Shown here in pieces: positions 19,859-29,300 of a stretch of DNA of 64,000 nucleotides (positions are counted from its first letter, which is position 1; every line of letters begins with the position of its first letter). A program made the translations under genes and the position numbers. Source of the DNA: Candidatus Latescibacterota bacterium (GTDB lineage Bacteria > Latescibacterota > UBA2968); NCBI GenBank assembly GCA_965116885.1, contig OZ220741.1:1632001-1696000 (forward strand). Reading direction: 5' to 3'. A model generated the notes under the pieces. That model saw nothing but the letters and a program-made list of their open reading frames with translations. It was not told where the DNA came from and did no database searches.

Positions 19859-19923
19859 TTGACACACATTTGAATAATCAAATTCCTTACCCTTTATACA
19901 GTTTTATACAGCAATTGTTTCGT

Positions 19924-21909
19924 TCAATACCATTTGTGAACCGTATGTCCCTGGGGCATGAACCAGATCGCATCTACGATGAGGCCCAGTGCGGTTGACA
20001 GGACATAAGCCACGAGCATGCCGACGAAAAACGGTTTGGAGCGGCGGTAAAAAGGTGCCCCGCCGATGCGCAATAATGTGAATTTGATCAGCCAGGCGAC
20101 AAAGATGGTGAAGCTGGTGAGGCGGGCGAGTCCGGTGCCCGATAGGGCGAGGCCAATGGGATGCAGGGGCCACCAGGTGAATTGGTATCGCAGGAATAAC
20201 AGGGTGTACATGGCGAATGCGCCGATGAGAAAGAAATAGTAGTCGATCTCTTCCATCGGTTGCGGCGATACGATCGCGTTGACGGAATTTTGATATCCGC
20301 CTATGCCTGCGCGAATGATGAGCCAATTTGGCGAGAAATTGTACCCGCCAATGCGATAGCCCAGCCAGATTGTAAAGAGGGTGGATGAGACGATGCCGAC
20401 CACAAAAGCCACACAGAGGCCACCGAAGAGGGGGCGTTTGTTGCCGGTGATGAAGTCGGACAGGCGGTTGATGTGCGTGCCCACGGAGAAGGTAAATCCG
20501 CGGAAGTGATCGATGGCGACAGATGCCGGATAGATCAGGGCATGAGACGCCGCTGGTATGGCGCGGGCACCACCCATGAGAGCGGTTGTCAGTGTCCAGG
20601 CTCTGGATGGTGCCATGACGTAAATAAGTCCGGAATCGGCCAGGATTTTCGATACGGCACCATAGGTCAAGAACATGAATGGCAACAGGATGGCGATGAC
20701 TTTCCACGCCATGCCCGCTGCGGACAACCAGACCAGTGCGTAGGCGGTTGAGGCGGCGAGGCAGCAGAAGGCTGCGCGATAGGATATGAGTTCTCGGCTG
20801 TCGTCTATGTGCGCGTTTTTTGGATAAAGCGCTTTTTGAAATGCCTGTTTCAGATGCGCCCGCGCTATCCACACCCACCACAGAGATAGGGCGACAAATG
20901 CGCCCGTTGTTTGCCAGAGGTAGCGTTTGGAGGCGTAGTAGCGGTTAAAGGCCGGTATGCCGAGTTGATCGAGGATGCCGGATTCTACGATGAATACGAG
21001 ATCAAAGAGCCACATGCTGAACAATAATTCCAGGCTCGCAAAATACGAAAAGCATATTCCCACGGTGCTTACGAATACCCATTGCGGCGGAAAGTTCCTG
21101 CCAATGGGCACCCAGGTGCCGGCGGCGGTTGGAAATTTGGGCAGCGCGGGATGAAACCACGCGATGATGTTCCAGACGAATATCACGCCCACCACGCCAA
21201 ATCCAGTCCAGAACATCCGTCCCTGCATAAACTCGGGCAAATAGGTCCGTCCCGTGCCCGGCTGTGTGGTCAGTTCGACGATGGGCTCCATGGCGGGATA
21301 GACCAGTTTTTCGTGCTCTGCCCATTGTTTGCGCATGATGACCGAGGCACAAAAGCAGGCGAGTGCTATGGCACATACAAAGGTGAACCACCAGAAGAGG
21401 GGACCGATCCAGACGGACCAGGGCACGGGCGCACCGGCGGGCAAGCCGTCGTAGAACCAGTTCATTGCGCCGTCGCGATTGGATGGAATAATCCATTCGG
21501 GCAGGTGCGGGTGCAAAAACTCTGCCCACCGGTTTTCGGGCGAGGAAAAATAGTAGGGGGTTACGATGACGCCGACCAGATATCCGCTTACCCCGTATGT
21601 GGGACCGAGGGAACAGATAAAGCCCATTGAAAAGATCGCGAGCCATTCGCCCGGGGAAAAGGCAAAGGGTTTGCCAAAGTACCGCGCGAGCACACTGCAC
21701 ACAATCAGACACAATAGTGTGAGCATCAGGTTGCCCATGGGCATGTGGCTGTAGGCCATAAAGGAACTGTGCATGATATATCGCGCGACTGTTGCCAGTG
21801 CGTTGATTGCAATGACCAGCACAAGCCCAAAGATCAGCGATCGGACTGTGACTCCTTTGTTCGCAGGATCTGGCGAATCTGCGATTGGATATGTTCGTTC
21901 TGCGCTCAA
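19924..21909 (-). CDS. Polytopic membrane protein, DUF6785/DUF6784-like (putative transporter)
   Basis: Many TM segments; YYFSSPENRW, GLPAGAPVPWSVWIGPL, RKQWAEHEKLVYP, WWPLHPIG; paralogue at 48670-50658. Confidence 0.75.
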   Translation of the reverse strand: MSAERTYPIADSPDPANKGVTVRSLIFGLVLVIAINALATVARYIMHSSFMAYSHMPMGNLMLTLLCLIVCSVLARYFGKPFAFSPGEWLAIFSMGFICSLGPTYGVSGYLVGVIVTPYYFSSPENRWAEFLHPHLPEWIIPSNRDGAMNWFYDGLPAGAPVPWSVWIGPLFWWFTFVCAIALACFCASVIMRKQWAEHEKLVYPAMEPIVELTTQPGTGRTYLPEFMQGRMFWTGFGVVGVIFVWNIIAWFHPALPKFPTAAGTWVPIGRNFPPQWVFVSTVGICFSYFASLELLFSMWLFDLVFIVESGILDQLGIPAFNRYYASKRYLWQTTGAFVALSLWWVWIARAHLKQAFQKALYPKNAHIDDSRELISYRAAFCCLAASTAYALVWLSAAGMAWKVIAILLPFMFLTYGAVSKILADSGLIYVMAPSRAWTLTTALMGGARAIPAASHALIYPASVAIDHFRGFTFSVGTHINRLSDFITGNKRPLFGGLCVAFVVGIVSSTLFTIWLGYRIGGYNFSPNWLIIRAGIGGYQNSVNAIVSPQPMEEIDYYFFLIGAFAMYTLLFLRYQFTWWPLHPIGLALSGTGLARLTSFTIFVAWLIKFTLLRIGGAPFYRRSKPFFVGMLVAYVLSTALGLIVDAIWFMPQGHTVHKWY

Positions 21910-21919
21910 TTTTTAATTT

Positions 21920-24262
21920 TTACCTCTTACCGATTCTGAATATCCCCTCCCGAATAGCGGTCTGGGCGCTGTTGAGGTCTTTTACTGTCATGATTAACCG
22001 ATACCGCCCGGTTTCAATGCGGCCGATGTCCAGTTCGACGTAGTCGGCAGTCCAGAGGTCGCGCCCCGTTTGTTCGTATTGTACGGTGATCAGTTCCCCA
22101 TCTCTGCGCCGTATTCTGGGTTGCGAGGCGAGTTCGCGTCCTTTTTCCGGTGCTACGGCAAAGGCGACCTGGTAGCGCGTTTGCCCGAAGGTGTCTCGCG
22201 TCAGGTTGTAAATTTCAAAATAAACGAAGATGGGAGTCCCGAGAAAAAAGGTGCGGGATGGCGATGTTGTGATGCGCCATTTGTTGCGCGCAGTCGTGGT
22301 GTCGCTTTGGCTTTCGTTTGAGGAAGCCGGTTGTTCAATATGCTGTGCGATCTGTAGATCGCTGAGCATTAAACTGTCACCTGAAAAATCGTGCAGGCGC
22401 ACTTTTTCCCGATAATTGCCCAGGCGATTGGTGTTGACGCGCCACATTTGTACGGCGAGGTCATATTCGCCGGGGGATAGGGGGATGTCGATGCGGTCTC
22501 TGGCGATCAGGCTTTTTCCCCGGAGTCCAGGGGGTATGGGGATGCCTAAGTCTTCCCGCAGGCGTTTTGCTTCGCGGTTCTGGTCATCTACGAGGGCGAT
22601 GCGCCGCTCGATTACGACTGTGGTATCCGGGTCGCTGGACATTGCCACTTCGTCGATTGGGAGGCCGATGTTGATTTGCAGGTCTGTTTTGCCATTTTTT
22701 CCGCGGAATGACAGGGCCTCGTAGTAGAAGTTGAGGGGATCGAGGTCGGATGTGTCGTAGCGTTCGGGTTTTTTTGCCGCTGCTGCTGCGACTTGTGATG
22801 CAGGCGAGAAATCGTTCACCATTTGGAGGAATCTGAGCGGCGACCCGCGAGAAGCGACGTCATAAACATCTTCTCTGTCGATGGTCGGTACGGGGGCATA
22901 GCCGAAGATATTTGAGTGCATTTCGTCGGTGAATACGACTTCAATACCGTGGTTGATGTCGGGATAGATCCACACTTCCCAGGGTACGCTGGAGAAATCG
23001 TTTCCGGCTGTTACGGGTTTCCATCCGCGCAAGCCGAGGGTGCCGTCGTCTTCTTCGAGGGGGAGGTTGCTTTCGACATTTCGAAGCGCAATGCGGACGG
23101 GAAATACAGGTCCGGTGTAAGTCGCGGTTGTGCCGGGACGGCCGTAGAGTTGAAATGCCAGTTTTTCCTGGATGCGCTGCACGGGGATCGGTACGCTGGC
23201 ATTGGGCTCGCGCCAGGTTGAGCGGTAATCCGGCTCTCCGTATCGGATATAGACTTCGCCCCGCTGGTCAAAGGGGTATTTGTAACGCCCAAAGAAGGTT
23301 CGCGCGTGCCAGACGCGGCGGTAGTGTTCTGCGCGTCTCTGGCTTCCTCCGGTTGTGCCAAAAGGGTCTTTGCGGATCCAGAAGGCGTTCAGAAAGGCGT
23401 CTATATCTTCGTCTGAGATTGTGCGGTAGGATGCGATTTCTTCTGGCGTGGCGATCAGGGAAATGTCTTCATAGATTGCTTTTTCCCGTTGAGATAGGGT
23501 GCCCAGATATTTTTGAAATACGGATAGGGCGTCTTCATAGCGCCGCGAGGCCAGAAGTACTTGCGCCAATAGCGGAAGTCTTCGCGCATCGGTCATGCGC
23601 GAAGCGATCTCGGTTACGACGTTGTAGCGTTTTTCGGTCAAAAATTCAAGGGCAAATTCAAGTGCGGGCGTTTCGTCCTGTGCGCCATAGGACAGGTAGG
23701 TGTTGTAGTGGGATAGTGCCCGGGGGGTATCGCCTTTTTTGCGATAAAGACGCGCCAATAGCAGGTGGGCGGGACCATAGCGGGGATTGATTTGTAGTGC
23801 CTTGTTTGCCGCTTCTATTGCGTCTTTTTCTTTTCCGCGCGCCAGATGGGTTCTGCCGAGGACTTCGCGGCTTTCGGCGCGGTTGGAGTCGGCCTGGATC
23901 GCCTGTTTGAGATGGGAGGTCGCGCGTTTGAGTTTGTTGCGATATTCCAGTAGAACGCGTCCCAATCCGAGGTGGGCTTCCCCATGGTGCGGGTCGTTTT
24001 TCAGCGATCGCTCAAATGCGGCTTCTGCGCTGTCGGGCAGTTGTAGCCGAAGATAGAGATGGCCGATACGGGCGAGTAGCAGGGTGGAGTCCGCAGAACT
24101 GGGCACTGCTTCGTTTAATGTGTTGAGGGCTTCTCTGATCAGGGTTTTTCGCCCGAGAGCCTGAGCTTTGAGATATACGGCATCCAGGTCTGTGTCTTCG
24201 GCGGAGGCATGTCCGGCAATGCAGAAAAGTAGAAGGAAATGTACCCAATAGCGAATATTCAT
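21920..24262 (-). CDS. TPR + GWxTD-like domain protein
   Basis: Signal peptide, TPRs, FWIRKDP...EHYRRVWHARTFF...PFDQRGEVYIRYGEPD, YFEIYNL. Confidence 0.88.
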   Translation of the reverse strand: MNIRYWVHFLLLFCIAGHASAEDTDLDAVYLKAQALGRKTLIREALNTLNEAVPSSADSTLLLARIGHLYLRLQLPDSAEAAFERSLKNDPHHGEAHLGLGRVLLEYRNKLKRATSHLKQAIQADSNRAESREVLGRTHLARGKEKDAIEAANKALQINPRYGPAHLLLARLYRKKGDTPRALSHYNTYLSYGAQDETPALEFALEFLTEKRYNVVTEIASRMTDARRLPLLAQVLLASRRYEDALSVFQKYLGTLSQREKAIYEDISLIATPEEIASYRTISDEDIDAFLNAFWIRKDPFGTTGGSQRRAEHYRRVWHARTFFGRYKYPFDQRGEVYIRYGEPDYRSTWREPNASVPIPVQRIQEKLAFQLYGRPGTTATYTGPVFPVRIALRNVESNLPLEEDDGTLGLRGWKPVTAGNDFSSVPWEVWIYPDINHGIEVVFTDEMHSNIFGYAPVPTIDREDVYDVASRGSPLRFLQMVNDFSPASQVAAAAAKKPERYDTSDLDPLNFYYEALSFRGKNGKTDLQINIGLPIDEVAMSSDPDTTVVIERRIALVDDQNREAKRLREDLGIPIPPGLRGKSLIARDRIDIPLSPGEYDLAVQMWRVNTNRLGNYREKVRLHDFSGDSLMLSDLQIAQHIEQPASSNESQSDTTTARNKWRITTSPSRTFFLGTPIFVYFEIYNLTRDTFGQTRYQVAFAVAPEKGRELASQPRIRRRDGELITVQYEQTGRDLWTADYVELDIGRIETGRYRLIMTVKDLNSAQTAIREGIFRIGKR

Positions 24263-24269
24263 AATTGTC

Positions 24270-27200
24270 TCACTGTACTACAAAAAGGGCATTTTTAGAG
24301 GCGGTCTGTTCGCTGTTCAAATCGGTTATCACGACTTCCAGCGCGTAGCGTCCCGGTTCGCGGTCGCCCAATTCCAATTCGGTATAGACGGTTTCCAGGT
24401 CCATTGTTCCGACCTGTTCATATCCCATTAACACTTTTTCTCGTTTGCCGCCAAGCGTTCTCACCAGACGAGATACGGCACCGCCCACGCCTTTGCCTTT
24501 TGGCGCGATTGTGTATTCCACCTGGTATTTTGTCTGACCAAATTCATCGCGTTTCAGATTGTAGATTTCGTAATACACGAAAATGTTTTGTCCCTTCGGA
24601 TAGGTTCGCGTGGGCATGGGTACCACGTGTAACTCGCCTTTGCGGAATTTGTCCTGGGGTCCGCCTTCTGCAATGCGCCATGCGAGTTCCAGGTCGCTCA
24701 CTTTCATCGAGCGGGTCTGATATTTTTCCAGTTCAATTATTTGGCGATAACGCCCCTGCCGCCCGGACAGGCGGTCCTGTAGCTGTACTTCCAGCTTGTA
24801 ATATCCCGGTGGGGCGTTCAGGCGCACGACGTCGGGTACAAAGGCGCCCTGTATGCCGGTTTGATCGCCTTCATTGCGATATCGTACATCGCCGGTGCGT
24901 CGATACACGTCTCCGGTTTGTTCGTTTAAGAGGGATACGGTTCGCTCCACGACCAGTTCGGTAGTGTTGTTTTCGGCGAAGTACCGCCCCAGTGTCCGCG
25001 GGATTCCCGTATAGACTTCCAGCGCGCTCACGTCATTTTGGAGGCTCTGAAAATCTGCGAGGTCGTAATAGAATTCCAGGGGGTGGGTATTTTCTGGGGT
25101 TGCGTAATAATCCGGTGTTACCCGCGCGGCGAACTCGGTGACTCTGCGGGGATTGTACCGGTTCAGCAGGGCAAGTGTGCGGATGGGAATGTTGGGATCC
25201 AGGGGCGCGGGCGCGTAGTCGAAATTACCGTTCATTGCTTCGTCGGTGAAGGTTATTTCGATGCCGCCGTTCACATCGGTATAAATCCAGGTCTCCCAGC
25301 GCACCATAGAGGCGTCTTCCGGAACGGAGACCGCGTTGAAATCCGGCTGGAGATCAAAAAATCCACTCCCCATGTTCCCGGCGTTGACGACTGTATTTGC
25401 CAGCCGTTCAAAAGCACTGATGTCCTCTCCGGTCTGGTCATCGCCTGTTGCCTGTCCCGTACGCACGGTGCGCCGCTCTTCATCGCCTGACTCGAGTCCC
25501 TGTCGCTCCCGTTCCTGTGACTGTTCGATAGCCTGCTGCATGGATGCGTCCTCGATTTGCGCCCTGAGCGAGGTTGCGCCACTTAGTCTGGCTTGAAGTC
25601 CCCGCACGGGATATACCGGGCCAAAATAGGTCTGTTGCGCGGCTTCGCCACCAAATAGCGTTTGTGCCACGCGCTCTTTTACCCTTTGCACGGAGAGGCT
25701 TTGATCCAGATTCAGCATGTTGGACCGCGATCTGTAATCAGGTTCTCCGAAGCGGATATAGACTTCGCCGCGCCGGTCAAAGGGCTTTTTTTTCTCTGAG
25801 AAATTTGTCAGGGCATACCATACCCGTCTGTAGTGCTCCAGTTTGCGTTCGTTGGGTGCCGTGATCAAATTTGGATCTTTCAGTGCCCAGAACTGTCGCA
25901 AAAATGAGGAACGCGCCACGTCTGTGCCGAGGCTGTTGTATTCTTCGAGTTCTTCAACGGATGCGAGAAATTGGATGTCTTCGTATAGTGCGCGGTGTTG
26001 CGGGTCCAGGTGCGCCACATAGCGGGAGAAATAGGTTTGTGCCCAGTTTGGACGCTTCAGTTCCAAACACGCCTGCGCCAGGATGGGCAGGGATGTTATT
26101 TCTTCGGGGTACTGGCGGATGTGGTTTTCCAGCAATTGGACGATGCGATCGAAGTTTTTGCTTCGCAAATAGGCTCTTGAGAGCAGTTCTCTGCCTTCCG
26201 GGTCTTCGGGCGCGAGTGTTATATAGCGGGCATAGGCCATGGCCGCCTGTTCATAGTCTTCTTCCTGCTCTTCCCACCATTTGCCCAGCAGTTTGTAGGT
26301 CGGCGCGTAGGTCGGGTCCAGTGCGATGACGTGGTCGAGGTCGCGTTTGGTGTCGTATTCTTTGAGCTTATATCGCGTCTGCGCCATGTTGAAACGGGCA
26401 TCGCGGTGGGTATTGTATAGCTGCGATAGCCGTTCATCTGGAGGCCACCGCAAGGCTCTTCTGAAATAGCGGATGGCGTTGTACATGCCTTTGGGGCGAT
26501 TTTGAAAGACGAGTCCCAGTCCGTTGTACGCCTCGGATAGGCGGTGGTTGAGGTCTATGGCTCGTTCAAAAGCGTTTCGGGCGCGGTCGTAATCCTCTAT
26601 TTCTAAATAGGCATAGCCGAGGAGGCAATGGCCCAGTTCCATCTCGGGTGCGACATGGGTGAGTGCGGTTAGTATTGGTACGGCGAGGGTGTCGTTTTGC
26701 GATAGGAGGGTTTTGCCCATTTCTACGAGTGAATCTATCTGTGTTTTTCCAATGGGACGGTCCTGTACGCGATAGCTTTCGGTCTGTCGAACCAGTTCTA
26801 CGAGGCGGCCGGGGTAAAAATAGCTTACGACAATGGCTTCACCTGTAGCGGCATTGGGTCTGAAGAAATAGCTGATGGGCCGCGTGTTGTCCCGATCTGC
26901 GGGTGCGCGGAACAGGCGGGCGATGGTCTCGGGATCTGCCCGGGATTCCGCAGCAGCCCATTTTTGAAGCGCGGACAGTTGGTCGGGCATTTCTCCGCGG
27001 TGGTCGCGGCGATATGCGGTTAATAGTCTGGAGATTGCGGTGAGGTGGTCGCGGCAAACCCAGCGGGATCCGTTTTTTCGAATTTCTTGCGCGGCGGTTT
27101 GAAAGGTTTGCACATAGTCCTGCATGGGGGATTTGGATAGGCCGTTTTTCGCGGATTGTCTGGCCAATGTCTCAAAATGGCGCGCGGCTTGTTTGTAATA

Positions 27201-27740
27201 GGCAGAGGCTTGTTTGAACTCCCAGCGCGAGAGGCTCAGTTGCGCCAGGCGTGCGGCGTTGAAGCCCGATGTCAGGTTGGGCAGAGCGTTTTCACCCATA
27301 GCGGGGGCGGTCGGTTTTAATCCTTTTATCGCTTTTTCAGTGGTCCAGATAATGGATTCCATGTCCGGATCATCTATTATGAGGATATCGCGTCCCGATG
27401 ACGTCAGTTCCCAGTATCGGGATGGGGCGAGGGAGATGGTGTGTCCCCTGTGCAAGATGTCGCCGGGTGCGGGCAATAATAGGGGGATGGATTGGAAGAC
27501 GATGGTTCCGGTTTCTGTTTTTCCCAGTTGACCTGGTCGCCCGGGGAAAATGCCGAGACACTGTTCCCGTTCTGCACCATTGGTCCACAGTTCCGTCAGT
27601 GCGATGCCGCCCATTTCTCGAGAATAGGTCCACACCTGACTGGTCGCTCCGGTGCGGAGGATTAGATCCTCCTGAGCGTCTGCTGTGCTCCAGAGCACAA
27701 CAGCTATGAGTAATGCGTATCTGATTGGTAAAGTGAACAC
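24270..27740 (-). CDS. TPR + GWxTD-like domain protein with extended N-terminus
   Basis: AGGAG RBS before GTG 27740; signal peptide; TPRs; FWALKDP...NERKLEHYRRVWYA...PFDRRGEVYIRFGEPD, YYEIYNL. Confidence 0.88.
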   Translation of the reverse strand: MFTLPIRYALLIAVVLWSTADAQEDLILRTGATSQVWTYSREMGGIALTELWTNGAEREQCLGIFPGRPGQLGKTETGTIVFQSIPLLLPAPGDILHRGHTISLAPSRYWELTSSGRDILIIDDPDMESIIWTTEKAIKGLKPTAPAMGENALPNLTSGFNAARLAQLSLSRWEFKQASAYYKQAARHFETLARQSAKNGLSKSPMQDYVQTFQTAAQEIRKNGSRWVCRDHLTAISRLLTAYRRDHRGEMPDQLSALQKWAAAESRADPETIARLFRAPADRDNTRPISYFFRPNAATGEAIVVSYFYPGRLVELVRQTESYRVQDRPIGKTQIDSLVEMGKTLLSQNDTLAVPILTALTHVAPEMELGHCLLGYAYLEIEDYDRARNAFERAIDLNHRLSEAYNGLGLVFQNRPKGMYNAIRYFRRALRWPPDERLSQLYNTHRDARFNMAQTRYKLKEYDTKRDLDHVIALDPTYAPTYKLLGKWWEEQEEDYEQAAMAYARYITLAPEDPEGRELLSRAYLRSKNFDRIVQLLENHIRQYPEEITSLPILAQACLELKRPNWAQTYFSRYVAHLDPQHRALYEDIQFLASVEELEEYNSLGTDVARSSFLRQFWALKDPNLITAPNERKLEHYRRVWYALTNFSEKKKPFDRRGEVYIRFGEPDYRSRSNMLNLDQSLSVQRVKERVAQTLFGGEAAQQTYFGPVYPVRGLQARLSGATSLRAQIEDASMQQAIEQSQERERQGLESGDEERRTVRTGQATGDDQTGEDISAFERLANTVVNAGNMGSGFFDLQPDFNAVSVPEDASMVRWETWIYTDVNGGIEITFTDEAMNGNFDYAPAPLDPNIPIRTLALLNRYNPRRVTEFAARVTPDYYATPENTHPLEFYYDLADFQSLQNDVSALEVYTGIPRTLGRYFAENNTTELVVERTVSLLNEQTGDVYRRTGDVRYRNEGDQTGIQGAFVPDVVRLNAPPGYYKLEVQLQDRLSGRQGRYRQIIELEKYQTRSMKVSDLELAWRIAEGGPQDKFRKGELHVVPMPTRTYPKGQNIFVYYEIYNLKRDEFGQTKYQVEYTIAPKGKGVGGAVSRLVRTLGGKREKVLMGYEQVGTMDLETVYTELELGDREPGRYALEVVITDLNSEQTASKNALFVVQ

Positions 27741-27806
27741 GGTATGTCTCCTGGCGAATTCTACGGAACGGGGTACAACTGGCCGATTCTCAGGCCAGTT
27801 CATCTA

Positions 27807-27874
27807 CGAATCAACGAACCCCGCCCATCCTTCCAAAATCAGTGTGTATCGCCATTCGTCTATTCGTCTATTCG
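27807..27874. repeat. Octamer-repeat intergenic element, copy A
   Basis: CGAATCAACGAA...core...(ATTCGTCT)n; homologous to 62117-62201. Confidence 0.75.
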
Positions 27875-27881
27875 CGCTTTT

Positions 27882-29300
27882 TCAATGCAACTTTCGAAAA
27901 GCAGTCCAGCATACGCGCAGTAGCAAAAAGCCGTGCCGAAAGCGGTGGATCTGCGTGGTTCCGTACACCCGATCCCGATAGCGCACGGGTACTTCTACGA
28001 TTTTGCGAACGAGTTTGGACGCGCCGAGGAGGAGATCAAAATCTCCAAAGGGATCGAAGTCACATACGTCTCGACGCGTTCTGGCCAATTTTTTGTAGTC
28101 CGAGGCAAACAGGACTTTGGTGCCGCACAGGGTATCCAGAATGCGCTGTCCCAAAAGGCAGCTCAATATCCAGCCGAAAAATCGGTTGCCCAGAAGGTTC
28201 AGGAATCGCATGGCCTGTTGTTCCATGGGATATACGAGGCGAGATCCCACTGCGAGTTCGGCGCGGCCCGATACGAGAGCGTCGAAGAATTTGGGCAGTT
28301 CCTCTGGAGCGACGGTCAGATCGCCGTCCAGGATCATCAATATATCACCTCTGGCTGCGTCAAATCCCTGCCGCACAGCATCACCTTTGCCCGTTCCGGT
28401 TTGCCGGATCAGGCGGATGTCTGTTCCACTATATGCCGCCATGCATCGCTCGACTTCTTCGGCGGTGCCGTCTGTTGAATGTCCCACAACAAAGATTAGT
28501 TCTGTATGCGCTCCCATCGCAGGTGTGCGCGCAATTGCCGCTTCTACTGTGCCGCACTCGTTTTTGCAGGGGACTATGACCGAGCAAGTGACTGCGGATG
28601 CTTCCCGTGCGGGAAAGACGGGGCGAGCGACGAGTGTTTGTATGAGACACAGGCGTCTCAATCCCGGCACTCTTGCCAAAAGGCGATTGGCAAGATAGGC
28701 GATAAGGGGGACGCGGCGGGGCAAAAACAGACGGGTTTCCCGTCGAATTTTTTCAAAGCCCGATAGATAAAGTAAATTCTGAATGTCCCGGTGTGTCAAC
28801 CAGTTTTGCACGGGTTCGGGCATTTTTAAGCGGAATATTTCTCCGGTTTTTAGCACGGGTTTCCACAGGGGATTGTAGTGCGTGATCAGGACGCGGGAGC
28901 CGGGTAGTACGACTTTCCACAGTTCGCTGAATACGCGCTGGATGTCTGGCAGAAAACCCAGCAGGTCCGATAGGATGATCCACTCGAATCGCTCTCCTTC
29001 GGGCAAATTCTCGGCGCGTCCCACGCGAAATTCCAGATCGGGATATTTTTTGCGCGCGCGTTTTATCATTGGTTCGCTGAAGTCAATGCCGAGTCCCCGT
29101 CCCGGTTTCAGGCCCGCGAGCAGGTCGCCGGTGCCGCATCCTATGATCAGGACAGACGATCCTTCGGGCACAGCGCAGCGGCAAAATCGCAGGACTTCTT
29201 CGTGATAGGTGCGGTTGCGCCTGCGCCAACGGTCCCGGTTTTCGGCAGCTTTGTCGAAAAATTTCCGAATGGCACGGCTATCGGGAAGGGGATTTTTCAT
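27882..29300 (-). CDS. SAM-methyltransferase + GT2 glycosyltransferase fusion (polyprenyl-P-sugar synthase-like)
   Basis: VLIIGCGTGDLL (motif I); VIVPCKNE, GKGDAVRQG, MILDGDLT, GSRL, DTLCGTK, EVPVRY. Confidence 0.85.
   Translation of the reverse strand: MKNPLPDSRAIRKFFDKAAENRDRWRRRNRTYHEEVLRFCRCAVPEGSSVLIIGCGTGDLLAGLKPGRGLGIDFSEPMIKRARKKYPDLEFRVGRAENLPEGERFEWIILSDLLGFLPDIQRVFSELWKVVLPGSRVLITHYNPLWKPVLKTGEIFRLKMPEPVQNWLTHRDIQNLLYLSGFEKIRRETRLFLPRRVPLIAYLANRLLARVPGLRRLCLIQTLVARPVFPAREASAVTCSVIVPCKNECGTVEAAIARTPAMGAHTELIFVVGHSTDGTAEEVERCMAAYSGTDIRLIRQTGTGKGDAVRQGFDAARGDILMILDGDLTVAPEELPKFFDALVSGRAELAVGSRLVYPMEQQAMRFLNLLGNRFFGWILSCLLGQRILDTLCGTKVLFASDYKKLARTRRDVCDFDPFGDFDLLLGASKLVRKIVEVPVRYRDRVYGTTQIHRFRHGFLLLRVCWTAFRKLH

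Noticed and set aside
19904..20881. 325-aa alternative-frame ORF
   Set aside because: Lies within the DUF6785-like gene; Arg/His/Pro-rich off-frame composition.
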